Shown: positions 29,812-39,892 of the stretch, piece by piece
Numbering within the stretch: position 1 is the first letter of the stretch
Layout: each line of letters opens with the position of its first letter
Assembly (NCBI GenBank): GCA_965249725.1
Contig: CBDFMQ010000002.1
Coordinates: forward strand, 2,176,001 to 2,240,000
Direction: 5' to 3'
DNA length: 64,000 bases
From: Longimicrobiales bacterium
GTDB taxonomy: Bacteria > Gemmatimonadota > Gemmatimonadetes > Longimicrobiales > Gaopeijiaceae
Position numbers and translations under genes: made by a program
The notes under the pieces: model-generated
The model's database searches: none
Seen by the model: the letters and a program-made list of their open reading frames with translations, nothing else
Told to the model about the DNA's origin: nothing

Positions 29812-31511
29812 CCGACGAGGTCTCCCCGCCGTCACCGGCTCCCGCAGCGGGACACGTCAATGTCGGGGCTTATCTACCTGAGATGGCGCTGAGGCAACCC
29901 GACGCGCTGGCGGTCGCCGTGGCCATAGGGAGGAACCCCGACGGCACGGGTCGATACGCCAAGCTGACCGCCGCTGACCTCGATCGGCGCTCAGACCGCG
30001 TCGCCCACGCCCTGGTCGACATCGGCATCGGCGAGGGCGTGCGCACGGTGCTCATGGTCAAACCCAGTCTCGAGTTCTTCGTCCTCACGTTCGCCATGCT
30101 GAAGGTCGGAGCTGTTCCGGTCATGGTCGATCCGGGCATGGGTACGAAGAACCTCGGGCGCTGTTTGGCAGACGCCGAGCCCGAAGCGTTCATCGGCATT
30201 CCGAAAGCGCACGTGGCGAGAATCCTGTTCGGGTGGGCCAAGGCTACCCTGAGGACCAAGGTCACCGTAGGCCGTCGCCTGTTCTGGGGTGGGCACTCCC
30301 TTGCCTCCCTCGAGGCTCGCGCGACCGCCGACCCCTTCCCCATGCTGGATCCGGACCCGGAGCAGACCGCAGCCATCCTGTTCACCAGCGGAAGCACGGG
30401 GGTCCCCAAGGGTGTGGTGACGCCCTTCCGGGTGTTCTCCGCCCAGGTCGACGCGCTCCGCGACGTGTACGGCATCGAGCCGGGCGAGCGCGACCTCGCG
30501 ACGTTCCCGCTCTTCGCCCTCTTCGGGCCCGCGCTGGGGATGGCCTCGGTGGTACCGGACATGGATGCCAGCCGGCCGGGAGCCTCGGACCCCGAGCTGC
30601 TCTTCCAGGCGTTCAGTGACTTCGAGTGCACCAACCTCTTCGCATCGCCGGCCCTGATCGAAAAGCTGGGACGGTATTGCGATACCCAGGGTCTGGAGTT
30701 GACCTCGCTGCGGCGCGCGATTTCGGCCGGTGCCCCCGCGTCGAATCCGGCCCTCGAGACCTTCCAGAAGTGCCTTCCTGAATCTGTCGAGGTACTCACG
30801 TCGTACGGGGCCACCGAATGCTTGCCGGTGTCCTACCTGGGCAGCGAGACCATCCTCCGGGAGACGCGGCAGCTCACCGAGCAGGGAGCGGGCGTCTGCG
30901 TCGGAAGGCCCGTGCCCGGAATGGAGGTCCGGATCCTACCCATCACAGAGGAGCCGATCGAGCGCTGGTCGGAGGAGCTCGCCCTGCCCACCGGTGAGAT
31001 CGGCGAGATCACGGTTCGTGGTCCGGTGGTGACGCATACGTACTTCCGCCAGCCCGACGCCACGAAACTCGCCAAGATTCCAGCCTCTGGTGGAGGCTTG
31101 TGGCACCGAATGGGGGACGTGGGCTACCTGGATGCGATGGGCCGCCTGTGGATGTGCGGCCGGAAGGGCCACCGTGTAGAGACGGATGGCGGAACGCTCT
31201 TCACCATTCCGTGTGAAGCGGTCTTCAACACGCATCCCGCCGTGCGGCGAACCGCACTCGTTGGAGTTACACGCGGAGGTGGAGCAACGGGGGGCGGTGT
31301 AACGCCCGTGCTCTGCGTCGAGAAGGAGGCCACGGCCGGCACGGATGACCAAACGCTCTCGCAGGAGATCCTCGAGATCGCTCAGAAGCACGAGCACACG
31401 GCGGAGATTCGGACCGTGCTCTTCCACGAGTCCTTTCCCGTGGATGTGCGGCACAACGCGAAGATCTTCCGCGAGAAGCTCGCCGACTGGGCCGAGGGCG
31501 AACTGGCATGA
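29808..31511 (+). CDS. oleC: OleC AMP-dependent beta-lactone synthetase
   Basis: FTSGSTGVPKG, TFPLFALF, YGATECLP, WHRMGD, CGRKGHRV, FPVDVRHNAKIFREKL; ATGA overlap with oleB. Confidence 0.9.
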   Translation: MTDEVSPPSPAPAAGHVNVGAYLPEMALRQPDALAVAVAIGRNPDGTGRYAKLTAADLDRRSDRVAHALVDIGIGEGVRTVLMVKPSLEFFVLTFAMLKVGAVPVMVDPGMGTKNLGRCLADAEPEAFIGIPKAHVARILFGWAKATLRTKVTVGRRLFWGGHSLASLEARATADPFPMLDPDPEQTAAILFTSGSTGVPKGVVTPFRVFSAQVDALRDVYGIEPGERDLATFPLFALFGPALGMASVVPDMDASRPGASDPELLFQAFSDFECTNLFASPALIEKLGRYCDTQGLELTSLRRAISAGAPASNPALETFQKCLPESVEVLTSYGATECLPVSYLGSETILRETRQLTEQGAGVCVGRPVPGMEVRILPITEEPIERWSEELALPTGEIGEITVRGPVVTHTYFRQPDATKLAKIPASGGGLWHRMGDVGYLDAMGRLWMCGRKGHRVETDGGTLFTIPCEAVFNTHPAVRRTALVGVTRGGGATGGGVTPVLCVEKEATAGTDDQTLSQEILEIAQKHEHTAEIRTVLFHESFPVDVRHNAKIFREKLADWAEGELA

Positions 31512-32527
31512 AGGCGCTCGTCACCGGCGCGGGGGGCTTCCTCGGGGGTGCCATCGCTCGGGCACTCAAGGCACGGGGCGACGATGTGCGTGGATTCTCT
31601 CGCGGTGATCATCCCGAGCTTGCGGCCGATGGCATCGAACACACGCGCGGATCCGTGGTCGACGTGGACGCCGTGATCGAGGCGGTCCGAGGTGTCGACA
31701 TCGTGTTTCACGCGGCCGCCAAGGTGGCCGCAGGGGGAGCCCGCAGAGACTTCTGGGACACGAACGTGACGGGCACCGAAAACGTGGTCGGGGCATGCCG
31801 TGAGTGCGGGGTTGGAGCATTGGTCTACACATCGACGCCCGCCGTCACCTTCGGGAAGACGGACTTGGAGGGTGTCGACGAGTCGATCGGGTACTCCGAC
31901 CGCTTCGAGGCATTCTACGGTGAGAGCAAGGCGGCGGCCGAGCAGTCGGCTCTCGCCGCGGCCTCCGATGACCTCCTGACTGTGGCCCTCAGACCTCATC
32001 TGGTCTGGGGTCCGGGCGATACGTCCATCCTGCCCCGTCTGGTCCAGCGCGCCAGGAGGGGCCAGCTGCGTCGCATCGAAGGCCCAGCCAAACGTACCGG
32101 ACACACGTACATCGACGACGCCGTACAAGCGCATCTGCTCGCCGCTGGCAGACTCCTCTCCGGTGGGGAGGCCGCCTCCCGCATCAGTGGGCGGCCCTAC
32201 TTCATCACCGCCGGGGAGCCGGTCGAGATCTGGACATTCCTGAACGGTCTGTTGGCTGCAGCCGAGGTGCCACCCGTCGAGAAGCGTGTCTCGTTCCGCG
32301 CCGCCATGGCGGCGGGGTGGGCGTTCGAGAAGCTGCACGCCCTCGCCGGTGGCAAGGGCGACCCTCGCATGACCCGGTGGATCGTCAGGGAACTCACGAC
32401 TTCGCACTGGTTCGATATCAGTGCGGCTCGGAGGGATCTGGGGTACGAGCCCAAGGTGACGATGGAAGAAGGCATGCGCCGGCTCGCGGAGTGGGTGGCC
32501 GCTCAGGGAGGAGTGCCGGGTGCCTGA
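31508..32527 (+). CDS. oleD: OleD 2-alkyl-3-oxoalkanoate reductase (3-beta-HSD-like extended SDR)
   Basis: TGAGGFLG, HAAAK, YGESK, LRPHLVWGPGD, SHWFDISAARRDLGY; ATGA overlap with oleC. Confidence 0.9.
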   Translation: MKALVTGAGGFLGGAIARALKARGDDVRGFSRGDHPELAADGIEHTRGSVVDVDAVIEAVRGVDIVFHAAAKVAAGGARRDFWDTNVTGTENVVGACRECGVGALVYTSTPAVTFGKTDLEGVDESIGYSDRFEAFYGESKAAAEQSALAAASDDLLTVALRPHLVWGPGDTSILPRLVQRARRGQLRRIEGPAKRTGHTYIDDAVQAHLLAAGRLLSGGEAASRISGRPYFITAGEPVEIWTFLNGLLAAAEVPPVEKRVSFRAAMAAGWAFEKLHALAGGKGDPRMTRWIVRELTTSHWFDISAARRDLGYEPKVTMEEGMRRLAEWVAAQGGVPGA

Positions 32528-33260
32528 GCGTGGAGGACCCACCGGGCGTTGGAGAGCCGCCTCAGAGTGGACGCCTCCCGGCATGGATGTCATCGACATC
32601 TGGCGGTTGGACCTGACTGTGCTTGACGAGGACTGGGACCTCCTGAGCCCCGACGAGACCGAGCGCGCGCGCCGAATCGTCGTGGCGGACAAGAGTGGCC
32701 AGAAGGCGTCGAGCCGCGCGCATCTCCGGCGAATCCTCTCTCGCTACACGGACATCGATCCGGCGGGCCTCCAATTCGAGTACGGGGAGCACGGCAAGCC
32801 CGCTCTCTCCGAACACTCCAATCCGAGCTTCAACCTGTCTCACTCTGAGACGGTCGGGCTCGTCGCGGTGACGGCGGATCTTCGCATCGGAATCGACGTG
32901 GAGCACAGACGCGACGGTCGAGACTTCTCGGGTCTGGCCCACCGCTTCTTCTCGACGGACGAGAGCGCGGAGTTCGAGAGGCTCTCGGAGGCGGATTGGC
33001 CTGAGGCCTTCTACCGGGCATGGACCCGTAAGGAAGCCTACCTCAAGGCGTTAGGCACGGGTCTGAGCTTCCCGTCGAACGGGTTCAGCATCGACTTCGC
33101 GGCGGGAGGACCGGGCCGGGTAGTGAGCACCGACATGCCGGCGGACGACCCGTCTGTTTGGCGGTTCGCCGACATCGAACTCGGTGCTCACTACGCTGGC
33201 GCCCTTTGCTTCGAAGGACCGGACCGTCCGATCCGGTGGTGGGAGATCCGAACGCGCTAG
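32520..33260 (+). CDS. Sfp-type 4'-phosphopantetheinyl transferase (PfaE-like)
   Basis: GKP, FNLSHS, IGIDVE and WTRKEAYLKALG motifs. Confidence 0.92.
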   Translation: MPERGGPTGRWRAASEWTPPGMDVIDIWRLDLTVLDEDWDLLSPDETERARRIVVADKSGQKASSRAHLRRILSRYTDIDPAGLQFEYGEHGKPALSEHSNPSFNLSHSETVGLVAVTADLRIGIDVEHRRDGRDFSGLAHRFFSTDESAEFERLSEADWPEAFYRAWTRKEAYLKALGTGLSFPSNGFSIDFAAGGPGRVVSTDMPADDPSVWRFADIELGAHYAGALCFEGPDRPIRWWEIRTR

Positions 33261-34165
33261 CCGGCCAGCGGCTGCATGTTCGATACGTCCCACTTGATCT
33301 TCCAGCTACCGTCCTCGCCCTGCTCGCAAAGGAGGAGGAACGAACCCGCCGCGACGGGATCCCCTCCGTCGGCTGCCTCCAGCAGGAACCAACCACCGTC
33401 CAGGGCCCACCCCTCTCCGAGCTCGATCGTGGCGACGTCATGAATGGTGACTTGAACGCCGGGATTCGCCTCGAAGAGCGCTTCGAAACTAGCCGTGACC
33501 GCGTCGCGACCGACCTTGATCGCTTCATCTGCACTGGCCACCGTCGCGTCCTCCGCGTAATACCCCGCGGCTACCGATGCATGGCCCATGTTGAAGTGTG
33601 TAGCGAGCCCACCCAACATGTCGGTCATCGTGCCCTCATCCTCGGGCGGATCCTCGCCATCCCCCACCACATACGCCCACCCCTCGGGCCGGGGCGAGTC
33701 ATAGTTGGTGACCACAGCGTCGATCTTCCAATCACCGGACTCTTTGGTGAACGAGGTCAGGTATGAGCCCGAGACCGCCATCTGCTCACCGTCGGGCGTC
33801 GCAGTCTCAATCGCGTAGGAGCCCAGGGCAACCGCCCGGCCTTCGAAGACCATCATCTCTTCACCCATGAGCGTAATGGTCGGGGTTCCTTCCATCTGAG
33901 CCTCGAGGGCAGCCGCGTTGGCCTCGAGTCCCATGTGGACCCCGCCGTCGGCGCTCAAAGTGACGGCGTCGTCGGTGTAGTACTCGGCCACGACGGACGC
34001 GTGGTGCATGTTGTAGTGCTGCGCCCAGCTGTCGCGAAGCTCGGTCAGCGCTTGCTCGTCAGCGGACATCGCATCTGCGGGCGCGTCCGCGGCCGTCTCA
34101 TCCCCGTAGCCGCAGGTGATGAGCAGCAGGGTGAGCAGTACGGTGGTCAATGAGCGGGTCTTCAT
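33257..34165 (-). CDS. Exported (probable lipoprotein) tandem SnoaL/DUF4440 (NTF2-like) domain protein
   Basis: RBS GGAGG then MKTRSLTTVLLTLLLITC; two repeats of H(Y/F)NMxHASVxAxYYxxDA...G(D/S)WKI. Confidence 0.75.
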   Translation of the reverse strand: MKTRSLTTVLLTLLLITCGYGDETAADAPADAMSADEQALTELRDSWAQHYNMHHASVVAEYYTDDAVTLSADGGVHMGLEANAAALEAQMEGTPTITLMGEEMMVFEGRAVALGSYAIETATPDGEQMAVSGSYLTSFTKESGDWKIDAVVTNYDSPRPEGWAYVVGDGEDPPEDEGTMTDMLGGLATHFNMGHASVAAGYYAEDATVASADEAIKVGRDAVTASFEALFEANPGVQVTIHDVATIELGEGWALDGGWFLLEAADGGDPVAAGSFLLLCEQGEDGSWKIKWDVSNMQPLAG

Positions 34166-34274
34166 GGGCGTACCTCCAGCGGATAGGGCGCGGTTAAACC
34201 GCGGACACGTAGAGTGGGGCCTCTGTTGAAGCCCGTCAAACACTTCGGCGCACTCCGGACCTCGAGGCGAACCT

Positions 34275-35237
34275 TCAGACCTCGACAGCCAACTCCCCGT
34301 CGAGGATGACGGCTCGCCCATCGAACCACACCGACGGACTTCGGATGATGGCATCGAAGTGGGTCTTGGCCTGCACCTGGCCACCCAGATTGGCGGAGGT
34401 GCCGATGCCCATGTGAATCGTCCCGTTCACCCCTTCGTCGTTGAGCATCTCACCGGTGAACTCGGTGCAGAGCGGATTCAGGCCGATGGCGAACTGGGCG
34501 ACGTTGTAGACCGCCGGGTCATCCTGCCGCGCCAGGAGCTCACGCAGAAACGTGGCTTGGTCCCCACCCTCGATCGACCGCACCACACCATCCGAGACGT
34601 CGAAGACGACCGGCTCATCGATCACTCCCACTCCGTAGTACGGAATGCTCCCGTCCACCACCAACCGGCCCTGCGTGGTCCCCTCCAGAGGCGACGTGTT
34701 GGCCTCGATGTTCGGAACCGCCGTGAAGCCCGGCGCCTGGACGATGCAGGAATGGCTGTTCCCCGCTCTTCCAGCCGTCGAGAAGCTCAGCTCCGTTCCG
34801 GCCGGACCCGTGACCCGCACGTGCTCTGAATCGGTGAGAGCCTCGGCCAGGTGATCGCAGAGCGGCTTGCGAGCCCGAAAGTCCGCGAACAGGCCACCCT
34901 CGCGCATCTGCCGCTCCGTGAAGGCGCTCATCGAGACCACGCGAGCTCCTTCCGAGATGGCCTCCCGCGTGGCCCGTGTGTGAGCCAGCGAGTGGGTCAC
35001 CACCAGGAAGATGACATCCGCCCCCGCCATGGCCTCCGCCACAGAGGGGATGGGCTCCTCGTTGTCGATACTCCTGGGAGGAGATACGACGATGTCGGCC
35101 GAACCACCGACGGCGGCCGCCTCGTCCCGTACGGCCCTAGCGATTTCCACGCGTTCCTGGTCGGTGACGATCACCACCCGCTCCCGGGGCCGCACCCCGG
35201 CACACATGCCCACCAAGACAGCGGCACCTTCCCTCAT
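34275..35237 (-). CDS. M29/aminopeptidase T-like metalloprotein, paralog 2
   Basis: VPNIEAN, NVAQFAIGLNP, DEGVNGTIHMGIGTS, THFD. Confidence 0.78.
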   Translation of the reverse strand: MREGAAVLVGMCAGVRPRERVVIVTDQERVEIARAVRDEAAAVGGSADIVVSPPRSIDNEEPIPSVAEAMAGADVIFLVVTHSLAHTRATREAISEGARVVSMSAFTERQMREGGLFADFRARKPLCDHLAEALTDSEHVRVTGPAGTELSFSTAGRAGNSHSCIVQAPGFTAVPNIEANTSPLEGTTQGRLVVDGSIPYYGVGVIDEPVVFDVSDGVVRSIEGGDQATFLRELLARQDDPAVYNVAQFAIGLNPLCTEFTGEMLNDEGVNGTIHMGIGTSANLGGQVQAKTHFDAIIRSPSVWFDGRAVILDGELAVEV

Positions 35238-35253
35238 AGCCGCGGCGGGTGAC

Positions 35254-36219
35254 TCAAACCAGGATCTCCTTGTCGCGCTGGATGGCCACCCCGTCCACCT
35301 CGATCGTCGGCGCCCACATCAGCAAGTCGTAGTGGGTCGGAGCCATGATCTCTCCACCGAGTGTGAAGCTGGTGCCGATGCCGATGTGGATGGTCCCCAA
35401 CACGCCTTCGTCGTCGAGCATCGCACCCGTCAGCCGGGCGTTCGGATTCAGTCCTACTCCGAGCTCCGCCACGTTGAAGCAATGCGGGTCATTGTGGGAC
35501 TCGAGGTCGGCTCTGAGCAGGTCCGCCTGAGCTCCCCCGGTCATCTCGCGGATGTAGCCCTCGGTGATCTCGCAGACGACCGGCTCGTCCAAGACCCCGA
35601 TGCCGAGGTACGGAACGCTCGCGTCGGCGATGAGCCGACCCTCGGCGCTCCCCGTCACGGGGACGACGTTGACCTCGATATCCGGCACGGGCGCCAACTG
35701 CCCGGGGTCCGGGATGTTCGTCAGTACGTTTGCCGTGCGCCCCTCGATCGAAAAAGTGAGGTCTGTCCCCTTCGGCGAGGTGAGGCGGACCGACGTGCCG
35801 TCGGTGAACGCTGCTCCGATCCGTCGACAGACATCGACCTGCGCCTCGAAGTCCGTTTCGAGGAGCGCAGGGCACTCGAGCATGTCATCGGTATAGGCCG
35901 TCATCAGAATCGCACGGGCACCCGTCTCCAGGGCCGCCCTCATTGCTCGCGTGTGCGTGATGGAGAAGCGCACGGGCGAGAAGATCACATTCGCCTCGCG
36001 CATCGCGGCCGCCACCGGCGCCGGGGGCTCCTGTCCATCGTGCTCCCGCATGGGCATCACACACGTCGTGACCTCTGCACCCACTTCCCGGGCCTCGATG
36101 ATGACCAACTCCGCGATGTCCCGCATGGTGTAGTCCGTGACGACCACCACTCGGTCTCCGGGGCTCACACGTCCGTTTACGTGAACCAGTTTCTGGGCGC
36201 CGGCATTGCCTGAAGTCAT
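35254..36219 (-). CDS. M29/aminopeptidase T-like metalloprotein, paralog 1
   Basis: Start MTSGNAGAQK overlapping the symporter stop (ATGA); VPDIEVN, NVAELGVGLNP, DEGVLGTIHIGIGTS, THYD. Confidence 0.78.
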   Translation of the reverse strand: MTSGNAGAQKLVHVNGRVSPGDRVVVVTDYTMRDIAELVIIEAREVGAEVTTCVMPMREHDGQEPPAPVAAAMREANVIFSPVRFSITHTRAMRAALETGARAILMTAYTDDMLECPALLETDFEAQVDVCRRIGAAFTDGTSVRLTSPKGTDLTFSIEGRTANVLTNIPDPGQLAPVPDIEVNVVPVTGSAEGRLIADASVPYLGIGVLDEPVVCEITEGYIREMTGGAQADLLRADLESHNDPHCFNVAELGVGLNPNARLTGAMLDDEGVLGTIHIGIGTSFTLGGEIMAPTHYDLLMWAPTIEVDGVAIQRDKEILV

Positions 36220-37442
36220 GTCGTGTTCTCGATGGTTGGCACGGCCGAACCGCCGTGTGCGGGGCCGTGAAAGTGATCCATGAAGATGGCCGTGAAGCCG
36301 TCCCCGGTGCAGTTGGTGGCGGTGCGGAGCATATCGGGGACACCGCTCGACAGCGCGATCCAGGTCGCGACGAACTCGCTTTGAAGCGGCTCCTGCAGAC
36401 CCAACATGGAGGCGAACAGAGTCGCACTCCAGAGGGAGGTGCCCATTCCGGCCGGCAGGCCCGGAGCAGCGATCGTAAAGAGCACCACGGCGGGCCAGGC
36501 AGCCAACAACAACGTCCAACTGACGGGCACGCCGAACACGTAGGAGAGGACGAAGGGGGCGTAGGCCACATAAGCCAATGCGCTCGCGTCCAGGTTCATC
36601 ACCGCCCCGAACGGCAGCACGAAATCCGCCACCTCGTCGCTCACGCCATACTGCTTCGCATTGGTCAGGTTCACGGGAAGCGTCACGAGTGATGACGACG
36701 TACCAGCGGCGAACACGGCCGTGGGGAGGTAGTAGGTCTTCAAGACCCTCCCGATGGGCTGCTTCGCGAGCACCCGTAGCACGAAGAAGACATAGAACGC
36801 CCACCATCCCAGACAGAGCAGCGCCGTGTAGCCCGTCATGAGCAAGTAGTTCGTGACACCGAGTCGAGCACCGAACCGGACGCCCACCGAAATGCCGAGG
36901 AGGAAGATGAACGGGATGAGGACCAGCCCGATACGCGGACCCGCCGCACCGATCCGAGCTTCCACGACCGCGAGCTTGCGGTAGAGGGGATCCCACTTGG
37001 CGCCGACCAACCCGGTCAGCACGGCACCCCCGATGGCGAGCAGCGGAATCGAAGCGCCACCCTCACCCAGAGACGCCAGCATTCTCCTAGCCTCCGTCCA
37101 TCCCGTGCCCGGACCACCCCTTATGGGCATATCGAAGATCAGAGACGAGATGATCAGCCCGAACAGTCCGGCCAGGATGGACGTCAGCAGGTACCAAGCC
37201 ACGACGGACCCGGCCAGGCGTCCCGCCCGTCCCCGCCGCACTAGACCCGCGATGGCCGGGCTGAGGGCGGCGAATATGAGGACCGGCACAAGCCGGATGA
37301 CCCATCTAATAAGAACGATGATCGCACCCGAGACCGGAGCGAGCGGACCGGGGAAGATTCCACCGAGGGCGATGCCCGTGACGAGCACCACCAGCATCCA
37401 GACATAGCCGGGAACGGCCGCGAGCTTCTTCAAACGCGTCAC
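36216..37442 (-). CDS. Dicarboxylate/amino acid:cation symporter (DAACS/SDF family)
   Basis: TSSSLVTLP, FVLPFGAVMNLDA and DMLRTATNCTGD motifs; multi-TM. Confidence 0.88.
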   Translation of the reverse strand: MTRLKKLAAVPGYVWMLVVLVTGIALGGIFPGPLAPVSGAIIVLIRWVIRLVPVLIFAALSPAIAGLVRRGRAGRLAGSVVAWYLLTSILAGLFGLIISSLIFDMPIRGGPGTGWTEARRMLASLGEGGASIPLLAIGGAVLTGLVGAKWDPLYRKLAVVEARIGAAGPRIGLVLIPFIFLLGISVGVRFGARLGVTNYLLMTGYTALLCLGWWAFYVFFVLRVLAKQPIGRVLKTYYLPTAVFAAGTSSSLVTLPVNLTNAKQYGVSDEVADFVLPFGAVMNLDASALAYVAYAPFVLSYVFGVPVSWTLLLAAWPAVVLFTIAAPGLPAGMGTSLWSATLFASMLGLQEPLQSEFVATWIALSSGVPDMLRTATNCTGDGFTAIFMDHFHGPAHGGSAVPTIENTT

Positions 37443-37452
37443 CCGACAGCCC

Positions 37453-37896
37453 TCATCTGCGTTGGATGGCGTTGTCCATGTCCGCGGCGATAAGCCAACG
37501 GCCGGACGAGTCCTGTCGCAAGGCCAGGAGGAACTTGCCCTGGTCCGGCGCCTCACCGTAGGCGTAGAGCCCCACGATGTAGCCCACTCCACCCCCGGTT
37601 CCGTAAGCCAGGGCCTTCAGCACCAAGTCCCCACTCGGATCGTCATACCGACCACGGATGGCCGGTCGTCCCCGCGCCGGGCGCCGTTCATTCGAGAGCA
37701 CGAACCCGTCCTCCATGAAGAGCTCAGCCAGGCCGTCGCCGTCGCCCGCCTCCCAACGCGCCTCGTAGTCCCGCAGTACACGGTCGAGTTCCGTCGGGAG
37801 CGTGATGTATGGAATCGTCTCCCCCAGTTCGCCGTCCTGTGCCCCCAGCGACCCCGAGAGCGAGAAAGTCAGCAACACCAGCACCGAGAATCTCAT
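37453..37896 (-). CDS. Exported DUF4440/NTF2-like protein
   Basis: Signal peptide; LAELFMEDG...GKFLLALR...WLIAADMDN. Confidence 0.75.
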   Translation of the reverse strand: MRFSVLVLLTFSLSGSLGAQDGELGETIPYITLPTELDRVLRDYEARWEAGDGDGLAELFMEDGFVLSNERRPARGRPAIRGRYDDPSGDLVLKALAYGTGGGVGYIVGLYAYGEAPDQGKFLLALRQDSSGRWLIAADMDNAIQRR

Positions 37897-37921
37897 GTTC
37901 GCCTCCCCTCCCCTCAGACCA

Positions 37922-39178
37922 CTAGTTCGTCAGTCGATTGTACTTCCGAAGCACCTCACGAAGCCGGTCGTGCGGCAACGCGTGGACCGTTACGTCGTTC
38001 GCACCGGTCATGGTCTCCGCCGCGATCAGCGCATTGATGACCGCCTCCTCCGTCGCCTCCACCGTAGCCGCGAACAAGGGATTCAGATCACGGTTGGTCA
38101 GCATCTCGAGGCCGTTGGGGCTCTCCATCTCGGACGCGGACTCGAGATTGGCCGTGGAAAACGCGATGAAGATATCGCCCGAACCGTTTCCGGATGTACT
38201 GCCGTTGCGGGCCAATCCCAGGGAGATCCGCCTCGCCACCCGCTTCAGCTGATGGGGAAGGATCGGCGCGTCGGTCGCGACCACGACGATGATGGAGCCC
38301 TCACGGTCGGAGGCATCGGCACCGTCCTCGAGAGCACCCTGCCCCGCATCGGGCCGCTCGGGCAAGAGGTCGGGAATCTCCACACCGACCGGCACGCCAG
38401 CGACGCGGAACGGAGCCCGGCTGCCGTAGTTGCACTGTACGAGGACACCCAACGTGTAGGTTGCCCCGTCGTACTCGACCAACCTGGACGATGTGCCGAT
38501 CCCACCCTTGAAGCGGTGACATATCATCCCGGTCCCGCCACCCACGTTGCCGTCCACGACGGGTCCGCCCGCCGCATCGTCGATCGCCGCGAGCGCGTCC
38601 TCCACCGCCACATGCTGGCCGTAGGTGTCGTTCAGGGTGCCGTCCCAGGTCTCCGCGACCACGGGGAGCGAGGCCAGCCACCGGCCAGGCCCTCCTTCAC
38701 CACCGAACACCTTGTCGACCCCCCACTGGATCACGGCGTGATGCACGATGCCGACACTGAGGGTGTTGGTGATCATCACCGGACCCTCGAGGATTCCCGA
38801 GTCCTGAACCCACGTGGTCCCGGTCATCTCGCCGTCGCCGTTGAGCGAGAACCACGCGGCGAATACCGGATCGGGCGAAGCCGTGCCCCGTGGGAAGACC
38901 GCCGTGACGCCCGTCCGCACCGGACCCTCCCCGATCACCCTCGGGTCGCTCCCACGGATGACCGTAGCATGCCCGACTTCCACCCCGGCCACATCCGTAA
39001 TGGCGTTGAGCGATCCCGGTGAGCCCTCGAACGGAATCCCGAGGTCGCGAGCTCTCGGCTTCTGGGCCGAAACAGGCGCCGCGAGCGAAATCAGGACTGT
39101 GAGTGACACGGCCAGCATCGGCAGTGTGGGCCTCCGCCCTGCACCGCTACGGCTGGACGGGCTGTTCGGACTCGGCAT
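37922..39178 (-). CDS. DmpA/P1 family L-aminopeptidase/D-Ala-esterase
   Basis: NAITDVAGVEVGH, VVAETWD, GNVGGGTGM, autocleavage site G/SIIVVVATDAP, GSGDIFIAFST. Confidence 0.92.
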   Translation of the reverse strand: MPSPNSPSSRSGAGRRPTLPMLAVSLTVLISLAAPVSAQKPRARDLGIPFEGSPGSLNAITDVAGVEVGHATVIRGSDPRVIGEGPVRTGVTAVFPRGTASPDPVFAAWFSLNGDGEMTGTTWVQDSGILEGPVMITNTLSVGIVHHAVIQWGVDKVFGGEGGPGRWLASLPVVAETWDGTLNDTYGQHVAVEDALAAIDDAAGGPVVDGNVGGGTGMICHRFKGGIGTSSRLVEYDGATYTLGVLVQCNYGSRAPFRVAGVPVGVEIPDLLPERPDAGQGALEDGADASDREGSIIVVVATDAPILPHQLKRVARRISLGLARNGSTSGNGSGDIFIAFSTANLESASEMESPNGLEMLTNRDLNPLFAATVEATEEAVINALIAAETMTGANDVTVHALPHDRLREVLRKYNRLTN

Positions 39179-39254
39179 GGTGGATCCTCCGGTGTGACTC
39201 GGTGGCGGTTACGGCGGCGTCTCGAAATGAGCGATCACGCAGCCCCACTGCAAG

Positions 39255-39284
39255 GAGACCCCGTCCCTGAAGGAACGGGGTCTC
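39255..39284 (-). terminator. Hairpin between the NTF2-like gene and the dmpA-like gene
   Basis: gagaccccgtcc-ctgaa-ggaacggggtctc inverted repeat. Confidence 0.45.
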
Positions 39285-39339
39285 ACTGTAAGACTGTGCT
39301 CGGTCGACCTGGGTCGACCTCTTGAGCCTGGGGTCAGCC

Positions 39340-39804
39340 TTAGCGGTGGCCGTCCGGAGGCGGCGTCTGCCAGAGCACGTTGATGATCATCCATCGTCCG
39401 TCGATCTCCACCAGGTGCATGAGGTCGACACCCCAGACCGCCGTCAGCTTGGCCGATGCCGTCTTGTTCATCACGTCGAGGATCTCGACTTCCTTCAAGG
39501 CGGTCTTGGCGTCGACTTCGCCCGAGGCATTCCAACCACCGGCCAACTCGACCAACTCGTCGAACGTCATCGGAGCCGACTGATAGTTCTCTCCGTCACG
39601 ACTCATGTAGCCGATCTTGCGAAGCGTGGGGTGGACGCTCCTCCGGATCCGATCCGGTTGGACCTCATAGATGCCCTCCACGTAGTCCAATACCGCGGCC
39701 ATGACGCCCTCGTCATGGGACATCTGCGCGTCGAGCCGCGCCGCCGCGAACGTGAACACGACTGCCAACGAAGCGCCGATCAGAATCGCTCGCTGTAACT
39801 TCAT
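39340..39804 (-). CDS. Exported NTF2-like (putative lumazine-binding) protein
   Basis: RBS GGAGGAG; DYVEGIY..R..RSVHP.LRKIG, TASAKL..WGVDLMHL...WMIINVLW. Confidence 0.78.
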   Translation of the reverse strand: MKLQRAILIGASLAVVFTFAAARLDAQMSHDEGVMAAVLDYVEGIYEVQPDRIRRSVHPTLRKIGYMSRDGENYQSAPMTFDELVELAGGWNASGEVDAKTALKEVEILDVMNKTASAKLTAVWGVDLMHLVEIDGRWMIINVLWQTPPPDGHR

Positions 39805-39892
39805 GAGGTCTCCTCCTCCACCCGGATTGATGTTCCCAGCTTCACCGAAGCTCCTTCTTACCTCGACGACCTTCATTCGGTCCCGGCCGTGA

